From positions 192,001 through 256,000 of the forward strand of contig CAVYTU010000011.1 in assembly GCA_963771465.1 (NCBI GenBank): DNA of 64,000 bases. Reading direction: 5' to 3'. Positions 9,259-19,595 of this stretch are shown piece after piece. Position 1 is the first letter of the stretch. Each line of letters opens with the position of its first letter. The notes under the pieces were generated by a model. It had not been told where the DNA came from and did no database searches. It saw only the letters and a list, made by a program, of their open reading frames with translations. Origin of the DNA: an uncultured delta proteobacterium. Its GTDB lineage: Bacteria; Desulfobacterota; Binatia; UBA9968. The position numbers and the translations under genes are program-made.

Positions 9259-10722
9259 CTATTCCGCGCGCCGTCGCTCCAGCCGTAGCGAGAAGTTCGG
9301 CCGCTGAATGAACACACGGTTACGCTCGGTTTGCTTGCTCAGTTCGGCGACTAAGTTCAAAAGCGGATTACCATTGGTTTGAAAAGTACGCGCCGGCCCG
9401 GCGGCGTGCATTTTGTCGACCTCTTCTTTGCTGGAAAAAAAGCGCAGCAGTATTTCTTCGTCACTGGCGCCGTCGCCGCCGTATTTTTTGCGCAGCTCTG
9501 GGAGCGTATCGGTCGGGTGGGGCCGCTCGGCGATCTCTTTAGCGCGCGGGCGGTTGAGAATTGTCGCTTTCACGTTGGCGTCCATGTACTCGGCGCCTTC
9601 TTTGCCCCAGATGCCCATGGCGTATTCGATGGTCTGATCGGTGACCTGCTTATAGCGTTCGCCGACGATGACGTTGATCGCCGCCTGGCTGCCGACGAAT
9701 TGCGACAACGGCGTCACCATGATCGGGTAGCCAAAGTCGGCGCGCACCTGGGCCGCTTCTTCCAAAGTCTGATCGATTTTATGTTCCATACCGACCCGGC
9801 CGAGTTGATAGCGCAGGTTGGAAATCATGCCGCCGGGGATTTGATGCACGTATTGCGCGTAATCGTATTCCGGCGTCTTGCCGATGGGCAGGTTTTCTTG
9901 GATAGCACAGGCGGTGAGAAACTTTGCTGCTTGGCGCAGAGGCTCTTCATGGACTCTCGTCTGATAGCCCAAGGCGCGCGCGTTCATGGCGACATTGAAA
10001 ATAGACGGATTCGACGAACCGTCGGCGAGCGGCGGGATTGCCGTGTTGATATGCGTCATCCCGGCTTTGATCGCTTCCAGACAACAAAGCGTGCCGAGCC
10101 CGGTGGTGCAGTGCGTATGCAATTCCACCGTGGTGTTGCCCGCAGCTTTGAGTACTGCAGGCGCGAGCGTCTTGGTTCGTTCGGGAGTTAAGATGCCTCC
10201 CGGATCTTTTAAAATGACCCGGTAAACGCCGAGCGCGATCGCTCGCTTAGTTTTCTCGGCAAAGTGTTCGTCGGTGTGGCGCGGCGAAACGGTGTAGATC
10301 AGATTGATAATCGGCTTGAGGCCGGCGTTCTTGGCTTGTTGAACGCGCCAGGCCCAATCGTTTGGATCGTTCCAGGAGTCGGAAATGCGCACTTCGCTGA
10401 CCCCTGCTCGCGCCATGCAGGTATCGTAGAGTTGATGCAGCGCGTCGGGATAAATCGCGAAACCACTGCGCGTGCCGTGGATAAGTCGCAGCGGCGTTTT
10501 CTTAAACTTCGGCACAATCAGGCGGTAGCGCTCCCAGGGATCTTCACGCAATTCTTTAATGCACTTCGGCAACTCCACCGGGCCGCCGAGCTCGATCGCT
10601 TCGAAGCCGGCTTCGTCGAGTAATTCCGCTACGGGCGCGATCATGCCCGTGCGCATGTTGTAAGCCCACAGACTTTGCTGGCCATCGCGAATCGTCGTGT
10701 CGACAAAAGTAACTTCGGTCAT
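9259..10722 (-). CDS. Pyruvate carboxylase subunit B / oxaloacetate decarboxylase alpha-like carboxyltransferase lacking a biotinyl domain
   Basis: DTTIRDGQQSLWA, KDPGG, HTHCTTG, HQIPGGMISNL, YPIMVTPLSQFVGSQA; no AMKM motif. Confidence 0.88.
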   Translation of the reverse strand: MTEVTFVDTTIRDGQQSLWAYNMRTGMIAPVAELLDEAGFEAIELGGPVELPKCIKELREDPWERYRLIVPKFKKTPLRLIHGTRSGFAIYPDALHQLYDTCMARAGVSEVRISDSWNDPNDWAWRVQQAKNAGLKPIINLIYTVSPRHTDEHFAEKTKRAIALGVYRVILKDPGGILTPERTKTLAPAVLKAAGNTTVELHTHCTTGLGTLCCLEAIKAGMTHINTAIPPLADGSSNPSIFNVAMNARALGYQTRVHEEPLRQAAKFLTACAIQENLPIGKTPEYDYAQYVHQIPGGMISNLRYQLGRVGMEHKIDQTLEEAAQVRADFGYPIMVTPLSQFVGSQAAINVIVGERYKQVTDQTIEYAMGIWGKEGAEYMDANVKATILNRPRAKEIAERPHPTDTLPELRKKYGGDGASDEEILLRFFSSKEEVDKMHAAGPARTFQTNGNPLLNLVAELSKQTERNRVFIQRPNFSLRLERRRAE

Positions 10723-10776
10723 GGCGTGGTTTTCACTTCCAGCACTGGTTAGTCGTTTCGTCGGGCTTGGGCGCGG

Positions 10777-11265
10777 CTACTCTTCACGCAGCCAAACTTG
10801 GCTGCGGCCAAACAGCGAGAATCCGATGAAGCCACGGACCTCGAGCTTCTTGCCGCCGTCGATGAATTTCATCTTGGCCTGATATGTCTTGCCGTTTTCG
10901 GGATCGAGTATCTCGCCGCCTTGGTATTCGCTCCCTTGCTTTGTCAGATTCCACAGAATCGTCATGCCGAGCACCGGTTGATTGTGACGAGTGCCGTCGC
11001 ACTTGTCACACTTGGGCGCGGGATCATCGCCGGGTTTGGGGAAGATTTTTTCGATCTTGCCTTCGAACTGACCGTTTCGCTCGCTGATCCGTACCAAGCC
11101 TTTGGGCTGGCTAGTAGTATCGTCGATGGTTTTCCAAAGGCCGACCGGTGTCGGCTCGGCAGCGGCTGCCGTCATGTGTGGCAGACATAGATAAACGGCT
11201 GCCAGAAATAGATTGCCAAGGCTTTTTTTCAAAGCAGCCATGAGGTTTCGATTCGGTAAATTCAT
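10777..11265 (-). CDS. DUF2147 exported protein
   Basis: PVGLWKTIDD, GGEILDPENGKTY, LEVRGFIGFSLFGRSQVW; start uncertain. Confidence 0.9.
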   Translation of the reverse strand: MNLPNRNLMAALKKSLGNLFLAAVYLCLPHMTAAAAEPTPVGLWKTIDDTTSQPKGLVRISERNGQFEGKIEKIFPKPGDDPAPKCDKCDGTRHNQPVLGMTILWNLTKQGSEYQGGEILDPENGKTYQAKMKFIDGGKKLEVRGFIGFSLFGRSQVWLREE

Positions 11266-12264
11266 TTAGCGAAACTTGGGAAACACATCCTTCGACATCA
11301 GCTCCAGCGTTCGGCGCACGCCTGCCATCGGCACGCCGCCAAAATTGACTATGCCGATGACGTGGGTGACGCCGATCTTTTCGTAGGCCTTTAAAATCCC
11401 CACGGCGTCTTCTGGATGGGTGAACAGCGCGAGTCGCTCCTGCTTGATGTTATCGAGTTGGGGAATCTTCGAGCCGGGACGACGATGGGTTTTGTGAAAC
11501 GAGATGTTGCGTTCGAAATAGGGCCGCGCACTGTCGACGGCCGCTTGTTCGTTTTGATGTAAGTAGACGTGCATCGCGACCATGATTTCCGCCGCCGCTT
11601 TGTGGCCGGCCTTTCGATAGCTGTCGAGGTAAAGATCGTTTTTGGTTTTCACGTCGGCAAGGTTATTCGAGCGCGCAAACGGGATGCCCATCATGGATAA
11701 ACCCATCTGGCCGGCCTTGACTAATGTGTCGTCGCTCGACGCGGCGAGCCAAGTCGGCAGCGGTTTTTGTAACGGCTGCATGTAGAGCGAGATATTTTCG
11801 AATTGATAGTGCTTGCCGCGGTGCGAAAATTTGTCCTGCGACCAGGCTTTGAAGATGATGTCGGTGGCTTCCCAAAATTTTTCCTTGGCTTCGTCCATCG
11901 TCATGCCAAATTGCTCGAACTCCACCGGCGAGAAGCCGCTGCCGAGGGCGAACTCCAAGCGGCCGTTACACAGGTTGTCAGCCAGGGCATATTCCTCGGC
12001 GACAATGAGCGGATTGTGAAATGACGGCACGGCCACCGCGGGCCCTAAACGAATTCGCTTGGTCCGTTGACCGAGCGCGGCGATGATCATCGGCGGCGAC
12101 ACGCAGGTGCCATACCAGTAGAGATGATGCTCGCCAAGCCAGAAGGAATCGAAGCCCAGTTCTTCTGCCCACTCGGCCATAGTGAGTACTTCTTCGTAAT
12201 ATTTCTGGTTCGAGCGGCCCAGCTCGGGGTGATTGTCGCCGAAAACAAAAATGCCGAACTTCAT
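11266..12264 (-). CDS. LLM-class flavin-dependent oxidoreductase
   Basis: AEELGFDSFWLGEHH, TKRIRLG, AEEYALADNLCNGRLE. Confidence 0.92.
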   Translation of the reverse strand: MKFGIFVFGDNHPELGRSNQKYYEEVLTMAEWAEELGFDSFWLGEHHLYWYGTCVSPPMIIAALGQRTKRIRLGPAVAVPSFHNPLIVAEEYALADNLCNGRLEFALGSGFSPVEFEQFGMTMDEAKEKFWEATDIIFKAWSQDKFSHRGKHYQFENISLYMQPLQKPLPTWLAASSDDTLVKAGQMGLSMMGIPFARSNNLADVKTKNDLYLDSYRKAGHKAAAEIMVAMHVYLHQNEQAAVDSARPYFERNISFHKTHRRPGSKIPQLDNIKQERLALFTHPEDAVGILKAYEKIGVTHVIGIVNFGGVPMAGVRRTLELMSKDVFPKFR

Positions 12265-12368
12265 GAAGGTGCTGCTCCGCCATCTAAGCGATTGGACGGT
12301 CTAGATTCGACCTGTTCTTATCTTAAGGCGCAGGAAATATCCAACTTGGGAAGGGTTGTTCAAAAGGG

Positions 12369-13214
12369 TTACTTTTGCGCTGTGAGCAATCCGTAGCGCA
12401 TGGCTCCCGTTTCATAGGCCAACCGGATACGGAAAATAGTTTTGGCGAAGTCGCGGTTGGTGAAGCCGGGATCGAGCAGGCGTCGCCGCAGAGCGGAATC
12501 GGCGAAAAATCGCTTGACGAGACGAAGTGCGCAAATCGTCCAGGTTTTTTTTACCGACTGAGTTAAATCGATAAACCTTGTCTCGCAAAAGCCAGCGGTT
12601 TCGAGCATCGTTTGGAATTCCGCGACGGAGGCCAGGCTCGGTATACGGCCCTCGGCGCAGATCGGTTCAAGAAGGTGCGTCCATTCCCAGCTACCGGGAC
12701 GCTCCCGGGTGAGCCAGGCGGCGATGACGCAACGTCCGCCCGGCCGCAGGAGACGGTACGCTTCGCTGACCAATTTCGGCTTATCCATGAAATGTTCTGA
12801 GCTCTCGACCGCAATGACAGCATCGTAGGTGCCCGGCACGAGATCGTTTTGTAGGGCATCGCAAAGCAAAAAGTTCACGCTGTTATTTCCCGCGGCGGCG
12901 ATTTGAGCTTGGCGGAACTGTTTTGGCGAAATCGTCATCCCCGTGACCGCCACGCCATAGGCATGATTCAAAGTGAGCGCCGCGGCACCATAGCCAGAGC
13001 CGATGTCGCATACTTGATCGCCGGGGCGGATCGACGCCAAGCGGCCAACCAGGTGAGTCAGGTTGATGACAGCTTCCTCAACGGATTCTTTTCCGGTAAT
13101 CCAATATCCGTGATGAAGGTTCGAGCCCCAAATGCTGCGATAGAGATCGTCGAGGTCGTCATAATGTTCACTGACAGCGGCGACATCGGCAATGGCAGAG
13201 TGCGGGATTATCAT
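12369..13214 (-). CDS. Class I SAM-dependent methyltransferase (tocopherol/sterol methyltransferase-like)
   Basis: HYD...WGSNLHHGYW, DIGSGYG, ESSEHF, LRPGGR. Confidence 0.9.
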   Translation of the reverse strand: MIIPHSAIADVAAVSEHYDDLDDLYRSIWGSNLHHGYWITGKESVEEAVINLTHLVGRLASIRPGDQVCDIGSGYGAAALTLNHAYGVAVTGMTISPKQFRQAQIAAAGNNSVNFLLCDALQNDLVPGTYDAVIAVESSEHFMDKPKLVSEAYRLLRPGGRCVIAAWLTRERPGSWEWTHLLEPICAEGRIPSLASVAEFQTMLETAGFCETRFIDLTQSVKKTWTICALRLVKRFFADSALRRRLLDPGFTNRDFAKTIFRIRLAYETGAMRYGLLTAQK

Positions 13215-13275
13215 ACGCGACAGTTTAACGTGTTAGCGAAACGCGCGCGGCGAGTTGTGCGTCTCGCTCAACGTT

Positions 13276-14268
13276 TTACTTGCGGCCGTAAAGTTTATCG
13301 ACGAAGCCGCTTTTTTTCATGTCGTCGACGAAGCGCAGATCGACGAAATCCTCGGCTTTGAATTTCGTGGCACGCGGGTCGGTCAAGGCTTGCACGTCCA
13401 GCGTTTGCTTCAAGCCCTCCAAGGTCGGATAGGTGTCTTCGACGAGCAGCGCGGAGTTGGCCGTATGTGCGCCCTCCAGTATTTCGCGCGGTAAGCCGCG
13501 GGTATACTTTTGCATGATCTTGACCGATTCCTCTTTGCGGGTTTTAAAAAAATGAATCGACTCCGCCATGGTCCAGACCACACGGCGTACTTCGTCGGGA
13601 TTCTCGCGGATTTTTCTGCGCGTGGTGACGCTGCAGTTAAACTGAAACGGGACGTTCAGTCTCGCCATGTCGATGACCACTTTCAGACCCATTTTTTCGC
13701 CTTGGAGTTTTTCGCCGTCGGTGACCACGGTGAAATCCGCCTGACCCTGCGTGACGGCGGCGAGCCTGGCCGGCGCGCCGCCCACGGTAATCGCTTTGAT
13801 GTCTTTGTAGTTGATGCCGACTTTCGAGAGCGCCAGGCGCATGGCGAAATCCGCCGAGGTGCCCGGGATATGCACCGCCGCGGACTTTCCCTTGAGCGCA
13901 TCCGGTGACTTGATGTTCGCATTGCCGATGATGAAGTAGGGCAGGGTGTTCATCTGACTTTGAATAATCGCGATGTCGCCGCCGGCGAGATTGGCATTGA
14001 TGACCGCCGTTCCGACTGCGCCGCTGTAGCTGAGATCGCCGGCGATCAGGCTCTGAATACCGCGCACGCTGCCGTTGATATAGATCGTGTCGAGATCAAG
14101 TCCGTGCTTCTTGAAGATGCCCGCCTCCTTGGCGATCCAGTAGATCACCGAAGAATTGGTTGAGTCGGAGATGTACGCAATGTAACTTTTTGCCTGCGCC
14201 GGTAGTGCCGATGTGATCGCGGCAGCGAGCGAGATGAACAGTACAAGTCCAAATAAACGAGTCTTCAT
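13276..14268 (-). CDS. NitT/TauT ABC substrate-binding protein
   Basis: Signal peptide; WIAKEAGIFKKHGLD; FVDLRFVDDMKKSGF; AAGGAGG RBS. Confidence 0.9.
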   Translation of the reverse strand: MKTRLFGLVLFISLAAAITSALPAQAKSYIAYISDSTNSSVIYWIAKEAGIFKKHGLDLDTIYINGSVRGIQSLIAGDLSYSGAVGTAVINANLAGGDIAIIQSQMNTLPYFIIGNANIKSPDALKGKSAAVHIPGTSADFAMRLALSKVGINYKDIKAITVGGAPARLAAVTQGQADFTVVTDGEKLQGEKMGLKVVIDMARLNVPFQFNCSVTTRRKIRENPDEVRRVVWTMAESIHFFKTRKEESVKIMQKYTRGLPREILEGAHTANSALLVEDTYPTLEGLKQTLDVQALTDPRATKFKAEDFVDLRFVDDMKKSGFVDKLYGRK

Positions 14269-14357
14269 CGTCGAAGCCTCCTTTAGTTCCGATTCGATTG
14301 CTTGGGCAAGTTCATGCTTAGCGCATCTGCTATGACCTCAACAAGTCGGATCGAAAC

Positions 14358-15542
14358 TCATTGTAGCTTCGCCCAATAACACCGGGTCACGATTAGCCCC
14401 ATACTGCATAGCAAAGCTGCTGCGACGTACATCCAGGCGTATCCCGCTAGGTCGACGATGAGGCCGTTTATCAACGCGCCGATGCCGTTGCTGAGTGGAA
14501 ACGCGACTGAAAAACTGGCCATGGCGCGGCCGCGCCGTTCGACCGGCGCCTGCTCCATGGCCAACGCGAGAATGCGCGTGCCGCCAACTGCCGCGCCGAT
14601 AAACCACAGCGCGCCGCTCAGGATCAGGCCGAAAAGATTGCTGGCCAGAGGCATGATCAATAGGGCGAAGGTTTCTAAACTAAACGCGATGATCAACGAG
14701 CGGCGCGCGCCCAGTTTGTCTGAAAGGCGTCCCAGCAGCGGCCGTCCCAGCGCGCTGGTCGCGCCGACGGCGACGTAGTACCAGGCGAAGTGGCTGACGC
14801 CGAGCTCGCGGGCGTAGAGCACGACGAAACTGGAATAGCAGGGTAACGACAAATTGAGCGTGAACAATAGTAACGCGGCGGAAAAAATATTGCGATCCAC
14901 GACATTCATAATTTCGCGCCACCAGGGTTCCGAGGCATCAACGGCGGTGCTGCGATTTCGTTTGGGCGCGGCGCGCCGTAATGCGCCCGCCGCGACTGCG
15001 CCGCCCAGGACTAGCGCCATCGCCAGAAAAAATACGGCGTGAAATCCGCCCAACGGCGCATCGATAATCCATAATGCCACCGCCGGAAATAAAATAGTCG
15101 CGGTAGATTGCACGCCGCCGAAATAGCCGGAAGCTTCGCCGCGCCGGTCAGGCGGCGCCGCGGTAGCAAGCAGAGTGTAACCGCCGGCAGTCATGCCGGA
15201 CCAGCCGACGCCGCGCAAGGTATTGGAGATCAAGACCGCAATATTGAATGGAATGAAGCACAATAAAATAGTTGCGGCCTGCGTGATCATGCCCAAAATC
15301 ATCACACCGCTTTCACTCCAGCGATCGGCCCAATAGCCGATGATCGGCCGCGAGATGACGCTGGCGACACCGAAGCCCGCGATCACGAGGCCAACGATGA
15401 ACGGCGAACCGCCGAGATGTGTAATGTAGAGCGGCAGAGCCGGCTGCAAAGCGAAGTGCTGCGCGTAGCCGAGGAATTCAGCCAAACAGAGTAGCGCGAA
15501 AGCGCGAGTCCAGAGGGAGTCGGCGGCCGGTGCAGCGGACAT
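14358..15542 (-). CDS. MFS transporter (tandem paralog 3 of 3)
   Basis: Multi-TM profile; GYWADRWS and GRLSDKLG motif-A variants; RRGEASG. Confidence 0.92.
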   Translation of the reverse strand: MSAAPAADSLWTRAFALLCLAEFLGYAQHFALQPALPLYITHLGGSPFIVGLVIAGFGVASVISRPIIGYWADRWSESGVMILGMITQAATILLCFIPFNIAVLISNTLRGVGWSGMTAGGYTLLATAAPPDRRGEASGYFGGVQSTATILFPAVALWIIDAPLGGFHAVFFLAMALVLGGAVAAGALRRAAPKRNRSTAVDASEPWWREIMNVVDRNIFSAALLLFTLNLSLPCYSSFVVLYARELGVSHFAWYYVAVGATSALGRPLLGRLSDKLGARRSLIIAFSLETFALLIMPLASNLFGLILSGALWFIGAAVGGTRILALAMEQAPVERRGRAMASFSVAFPLSNGIGALINGLIVDLAGYAWMYVAAALLCSMGLIVTRCYWAKLQ

Positions 15543-15616
15543 CGTTGTTGTCTAGCACGCTGGCGCGAGAAACTCATGGGTTAGCCGCGGATGGGTTAGA
15601 CTGAGTATTGGAAAAG

Positions 15617-15641
15617 CGAGGATGGAAGATCGAGGATCGCG
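15617..15641. repeat. 7-bp-periodic GATCGAR repeat
   Basis: CGAG GATGGAA GATCGAG GATCGCG. Confidence 0.55.
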
Positions 15642-15697
15642 CGTGGAGCTTTTATATAGCCTTTCGCGAAATGACGCGATCGGTGATCGGGAAACTG

Positions 15698-16883
15698 TCA
15701 GTTCGTTGTCGATTGTACTTTTGGCGCGTTGGCTTGGGCGAAGACTAGGCCGGCGGCTTGGACGACGGCGAGGAGGAGAAACATGCCGGCGTAGCCGGCG
15801 ACATCGATGGCGGCACCGGTGAGGAGTGAGCCGAGGCCGTAGCTTAACGGGTAGGCTACGGAGAAAGTCGCCATTTGCTTGCCGCGCCGTTGGGGATCGG
15901 CGCGTTCGACGGCGAGCGCCAAGGTCGTCGAGCTGCCGATGGCGTTGCCGAGCATGTAGAGCGCGCCACAGAGTATAACGCTGAAGAGATTCGAGACTAA
16001 CGTGAGCAGGAGCAACGCGACGACTTGGAAAAAAAATCCAGCGACGATGGAGCGTGCGTGGCCGATTTTATCCGACAAGCGACCGAGTAGCGGGCGGCCA
16101 AGCATGCTGGTGGCGCCGATGACGACGAAGTAGGGCGCAAAATTGCCGATCCCCAACTCGCGCGCATAAAGAATGATGAAGTTGGTGAGCGCAGGTAACG
16201 AGACATTGAGCCAAAACAGCAAGATCGATGGCAGCAATATTTCCGGTTCGACGAAGCGAAAAATCTCGCGCCACCATTGAGTGTCATTGCCCGCTGGTTG
16301 TTGACGGGGTGCGCGTCAGCGAACCGGACATCATGAAGCCGGTGACCGCCGCGGTTACTGAGAAAAGCGCGGTGACAATAAAAACGATTCCGTAGCCGCC
16401 GAAAGAAGCGTAAAGCAGCCAAAGCGCGATCGGCGGAAAGAAAATCTGTGCTGAGCTCTGCACGCCGCTGTAGAGTCCAGAAGCTGCGCCGCGTTTGGAT
16501 TCCGGGGCGATTAACGCGAGCAACGAATAGCCGCCGGTATTCAAACCGGCCCAGCCGATGCCGCGCAGACCGTTGGCCAGCGCCGTGGCCGGGATGAACG
16601 GTATGAAGCAGAGAAAAATACTCGCCGCCTGAAAGAGCATGCCGACGATCATGACGCCGGCTTCGCTCCAGCGGTCGGCCCAGTGACCTACCACGGGTCG
16701 AACGATGACACTGGTGACGGCGAAGCAGGCGAGCACGATGCCGACGACCGATGGCGAGGCGCCGAGCTGAGTCAAATAAAGCGGCAGCACCGGCGCGAGC
16801 ATGAAATGCTGGGCGTAGCCGAGCAACTGCGCGGCGCAGAGCAATATGAAAGTTTTCGTCCAGATGGTGCCGGAATTTGTCAT
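15698..16883 (-). CDS. MFS transporter (tandem paralog 2 of 3), one frameshift near 16295
   Basis: ORFs 16284..16883 and 15698..16237 join through ...NDTQWWREIFRFVEPEILLPS, collinear with both neighbours. Confidence 0.88.
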
Positions 16884-16935
16884 CGTAATTTGTGTTCGTG
16901 CTCGTTGCCGATTCGATCGCGATCACGAACATGAT
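16882..16935. repeat. 6-bp-periodic imperfect palindromic repeat
   Basis: ATCGTAATTTGTGTTCGTGCTCG ... CGATCACGAACATGAT. Confidence 0.5.
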
Positions 16936-17006
16936 AATTCAACGTCTCGCGTTTCATTTTGGCCGCGCGCGATTGACGATGGACCATCATAGAAATCTAA
17001 GGCTCG

Positions 17007-18188
17007 TCACTTGAGGCTCGACCAGTTTTTGCACGTGACGATCAAACCGGGGATGTTGAGCGCCGCGGCGAAGAGAAACATCCAGAAATATCCGGCGAGC
17101 TGAATGGCACCGCCGGCGAGCAGCGAGCCGACGCCCGCGCTGAGCGGATAAGCCATCGAATAGGTCGCGATCACTTGGCCGCGTCGTTCGGGATTGGCGT
17201 GCTCCAGGGCGAGCGCTAACGTAGCTGCGGTACCGATGGCGGAGCCTGTCATGTAAAGCACACCGGAAACGATCATGCCCGCTAGCGTTGAGGCATTGAC
17301 CACGACGCAAAGCGCCAGCGCTTCAAGCAAAAATCCGACAGCGATCGCCGAGCCACGGCCGATTTTGTCTGACGCCCAACCGAGGACCGGACGCGTAATT
17401 AGACTGGTGGCGCCGCTGATGACGTAGTACCAGCCGAAGTTTTCAATGCCGATCTGGCGCGCGTAGAGGACGAGAAAACCGGCGACGGCAGGGAGCGAAA
17501 TATGAAGACCGAAGAGCAAACCCGACGCCAATAGAATGTCTTTTTCCGGTAGGGCGAAAATCTCGCGCCACCAAGGACCGGCTGCGGCACGGTGGCGTAT
17601 CCGTTCGCCACTGGTATTACGACCCTTGAGCAGCATGCCCATACCAGCGCCGATGATCGCGATCGTCATCGATGCTGCGAACACGACGTGAAAGCCGCCG
17701 AACGGCGCGTCGATCAACCAGAGCGCGAGCGCGGGCAGGATAATCGTCGCGCTGCCTTGCGCTCCGCTGTAGTAACCCGAAGCCTCGCCGCGGCGCGCCG
17801 CGGGGGCGGATTGCGCGAGTAACGCGTAGCCGCCGGAGTTGACGCTGGCCCAACCGACACCGCGGCAACTGTTGGCTAACATCATGGTGCCGACGACGGG
17901 CACGAAGCAGAGGAGTACGCTGGCGGCTTGAATTAACAGTCCGGAGATCATCACCCCGGCCTCGCTCCAGCGGTCGGACCAGTAGCCGACCAGCGGCCGA
18001 AGCAGCATGCTGGTGGCGGCAAAGGAAGCCATCACCAATCCGACGGCGAACGGCGACGCGCCCAGGTGGGTTACGTAGATCGGGATGGTCGGCTGTAAGA
18101 CGAAATGTTGCGCGTAACCGAGAAACTGCACGATGCAGAGCAACACGAAAGCGCGCGTCCAGAGAGGATCAGATTGAGTTGCGGTCAT
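17007..18188 (-). CDS. MFS transporter (tandem paralog 1 of 3)
   Basis: LWTRAFVLLC, GYWSDRWSE, RRGEASGYY, GWASDKIGR. Confidence 0.92.
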   Translation of the reverse strand: MTATQSDPLWTRAFVLLCIVQFLGYAQHFVLQPTIPIYVTHLGASPFAVGLVMASFAATSMLLRPLVGYWSDRWSEAGVMISGLLIQAASVLLCFVPVVGTMMLANSCRGVGWASVNSGGYALLAQSAPAARRGEASGYYSGAQGSATIILPALALWLIDAPFGGFHVVFAASMTIAIIGAGMGMLLKGRNTSGERIRHRAAAGPWWREIFALPEKDILLASGLLFGLHISLPAVAGFLVLYARQIGIENFGWYYVISGATSLITRPVLGWASDKIGRGSAIAVGFLLEALALCVVVNASTLAGMIVSGVLYMTGSAIGTAATLALALEHANPERRGQVIATYSMAYPLSAGVGSLLAGGAIQLAGYFWMFLFAAALNIPGLIVTCKNWSSLK

Positions 18189-18271
18189 CGAGGTTGTGAA
18201 GCTGAAAAAAAGTCCAAGTTTTCTTATACAAGCTTCGCGGCGAACTCGCCAGGTCGCGTCGCCGCGGATAA

Positions 18272-18306
18272 GATCAAGATCGAAGATCGCGGATCAAGAA
18301 TCGAAG
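18272..18306. repeat. 7-bp-periodic GATCGAR repeat
   Basis: GATCAA GATCGAA GATCGCG GATCAAG AATCGAAG. Confidence 0.6.
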
Positions 18307-18392
18307 AAGGAACTAGCGAATTTGGAATCTGCAGCAGCGCCGCGTTTTTCGCCGATCGTGAATAACCGTAATGAAACGCTCGGTTTCTATTC

Positions 18393-18420
18393 CGTCATTG
18401 CGACGCACGCTGGAATCCAG
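18393..18420. repeat. Degenerate REP-like GTCATT...GGAATCCAG palindrome
   Basis: CGTCATTGCGACGCACGCTGGAATCCAG; a partial complementary half, TGGATTCCCGC, lies at 19281. Confidence 0.4.
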
Positions 18421-18486
18421 GTTTCAGGGCGGCGGCGCGGATATTCACGATCCAAGGCGCGAATAGTACGACGTTAGTCTCCGTCG

Positions 18487-19218
18487 TCAGCGATTTCCTA
18501 TGGGCTCCAACCCACTATTGGCGATAGCGCGGGCCGCTTCCGGCGAGGCGAGGAATCTGATCAGCGCGTGAGCCGCGTTGGCATCTCTGGTACTTACGGC
18601 GACGCCGGCCGAGAACACGGAGACTTTCTGTACTTCAGGCGGTAGCGGGGTCACATGATCTATGCCCGCCACGGGCAGTAGCTCGCTCAATTGCTGGAAG
18701 CCGATTTCCGCCTCTCCGCGCGCGACTACGGCGCCAACTCGTTCGCCGCCGCCGATCAGCCGGCTTTTACTCATCACCTGGTCGGCTATTCCCAAGCGCT
18801 GATAAAGTTCCGTGGTGAGATAGTCGCCGCTTACGCTGGCGGAGTACGCGATGGATTGCGCTTGTAAAAGCGTGCGTTTCAGCGCGTCGACCGTGCTCAA
18901 GTCCGGCTTCGGAGCTCCTGCCCGCACCGCCATTCCGATGGCTGAGCGGGCGAGCGGAGTATAGCTTTCGGCGATGATCAGGCCGTCCTTGATGAATCCA
19001 ACAAGCACGCCGTCCGCGACAATGACAACGTCTACTACTTCACCGCGCCGCAGCCGGTTCGGTATGGAAGTTTTGCCCGTGCCGATGGAGGTGGCCGCAG
19101 TCACGAGTTTTTTATTCGTCAGTAGTTCGAGCCGGGGAATAAGTTCAAGATAAGCCGCGGTAAACGCGCCGGAGGTCATGACCCGGATGTCATCTATCAT
19201 CGTATCCATGTTCGTCAC
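18487..19218 (-). CDS. ModA-like (SBP_bac_11) substrate-binding-fold protein without signal peptide
   Basis: IRVMTSGAF, GMAVRAGAPKPDLS, AYSASVSG, GEAEIGFQQLSEL; GAGGAG RBS before GTG. Confidence 0.85.
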   Translation of the reverse strand: MTNMDTMIDDIRVMTSGAFTAAYLELIPRLELLTNKKLVTAATSIGTGKTSIPNRLRRGEVVDVVIVADGVLVGFIKDGLIIAESYTPLARSAIGMAVRAGAPKPDLSTVDALKRTLLQAQSIAYSASVSGDYLTTELYQRLGIADQVMSKSRLIGGGERVGAVVARGEAEIGFQQLSELLPVAGIDHVTPLPPEVQKVSVFSAGVAVSTRDANAAHALIRFLASPEAARAIANSGLEPIGNR

Positions 19219-19595
19219 TAGCTCCTCAGATGGGGTCTTGACGCGGTTGTCCCGATTATTTGTTTTACAGACTTTTATTATGGATTCCCGCGATCGATCA
19301 AGCGCTGCGGCAGAGATATTAACGGTTGCGCCGTAGCTCTATATCATCGCGACGACATGATCGCGATAGCTCGACGAAGAGGAATAGCGACGGTGAGTTA
19401 TATCTATCGGAAATTGGCTACCGGGAAGGCAGGAAATTGGTTTTTAGAAGTTTGAACCTGAACCGTTCCCAGGATCAATTGGGATTAGCTGTTGCAAGTG
19501 TCGTCCGGTCGAGCACGCGAACTCACTCCTCAGGTCAGTCCTCTCACTTAGCCTAATGTCAAAGTCCTGCGGACACGAAACTTGACTTCGATACC

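Noticed and set aside
16284-16286. Stop in the middle MFS gene as readthrough or two half-transporters
   Set aside because: The downstream half is in a different frame; one indel restores collinearity with both paralogs.
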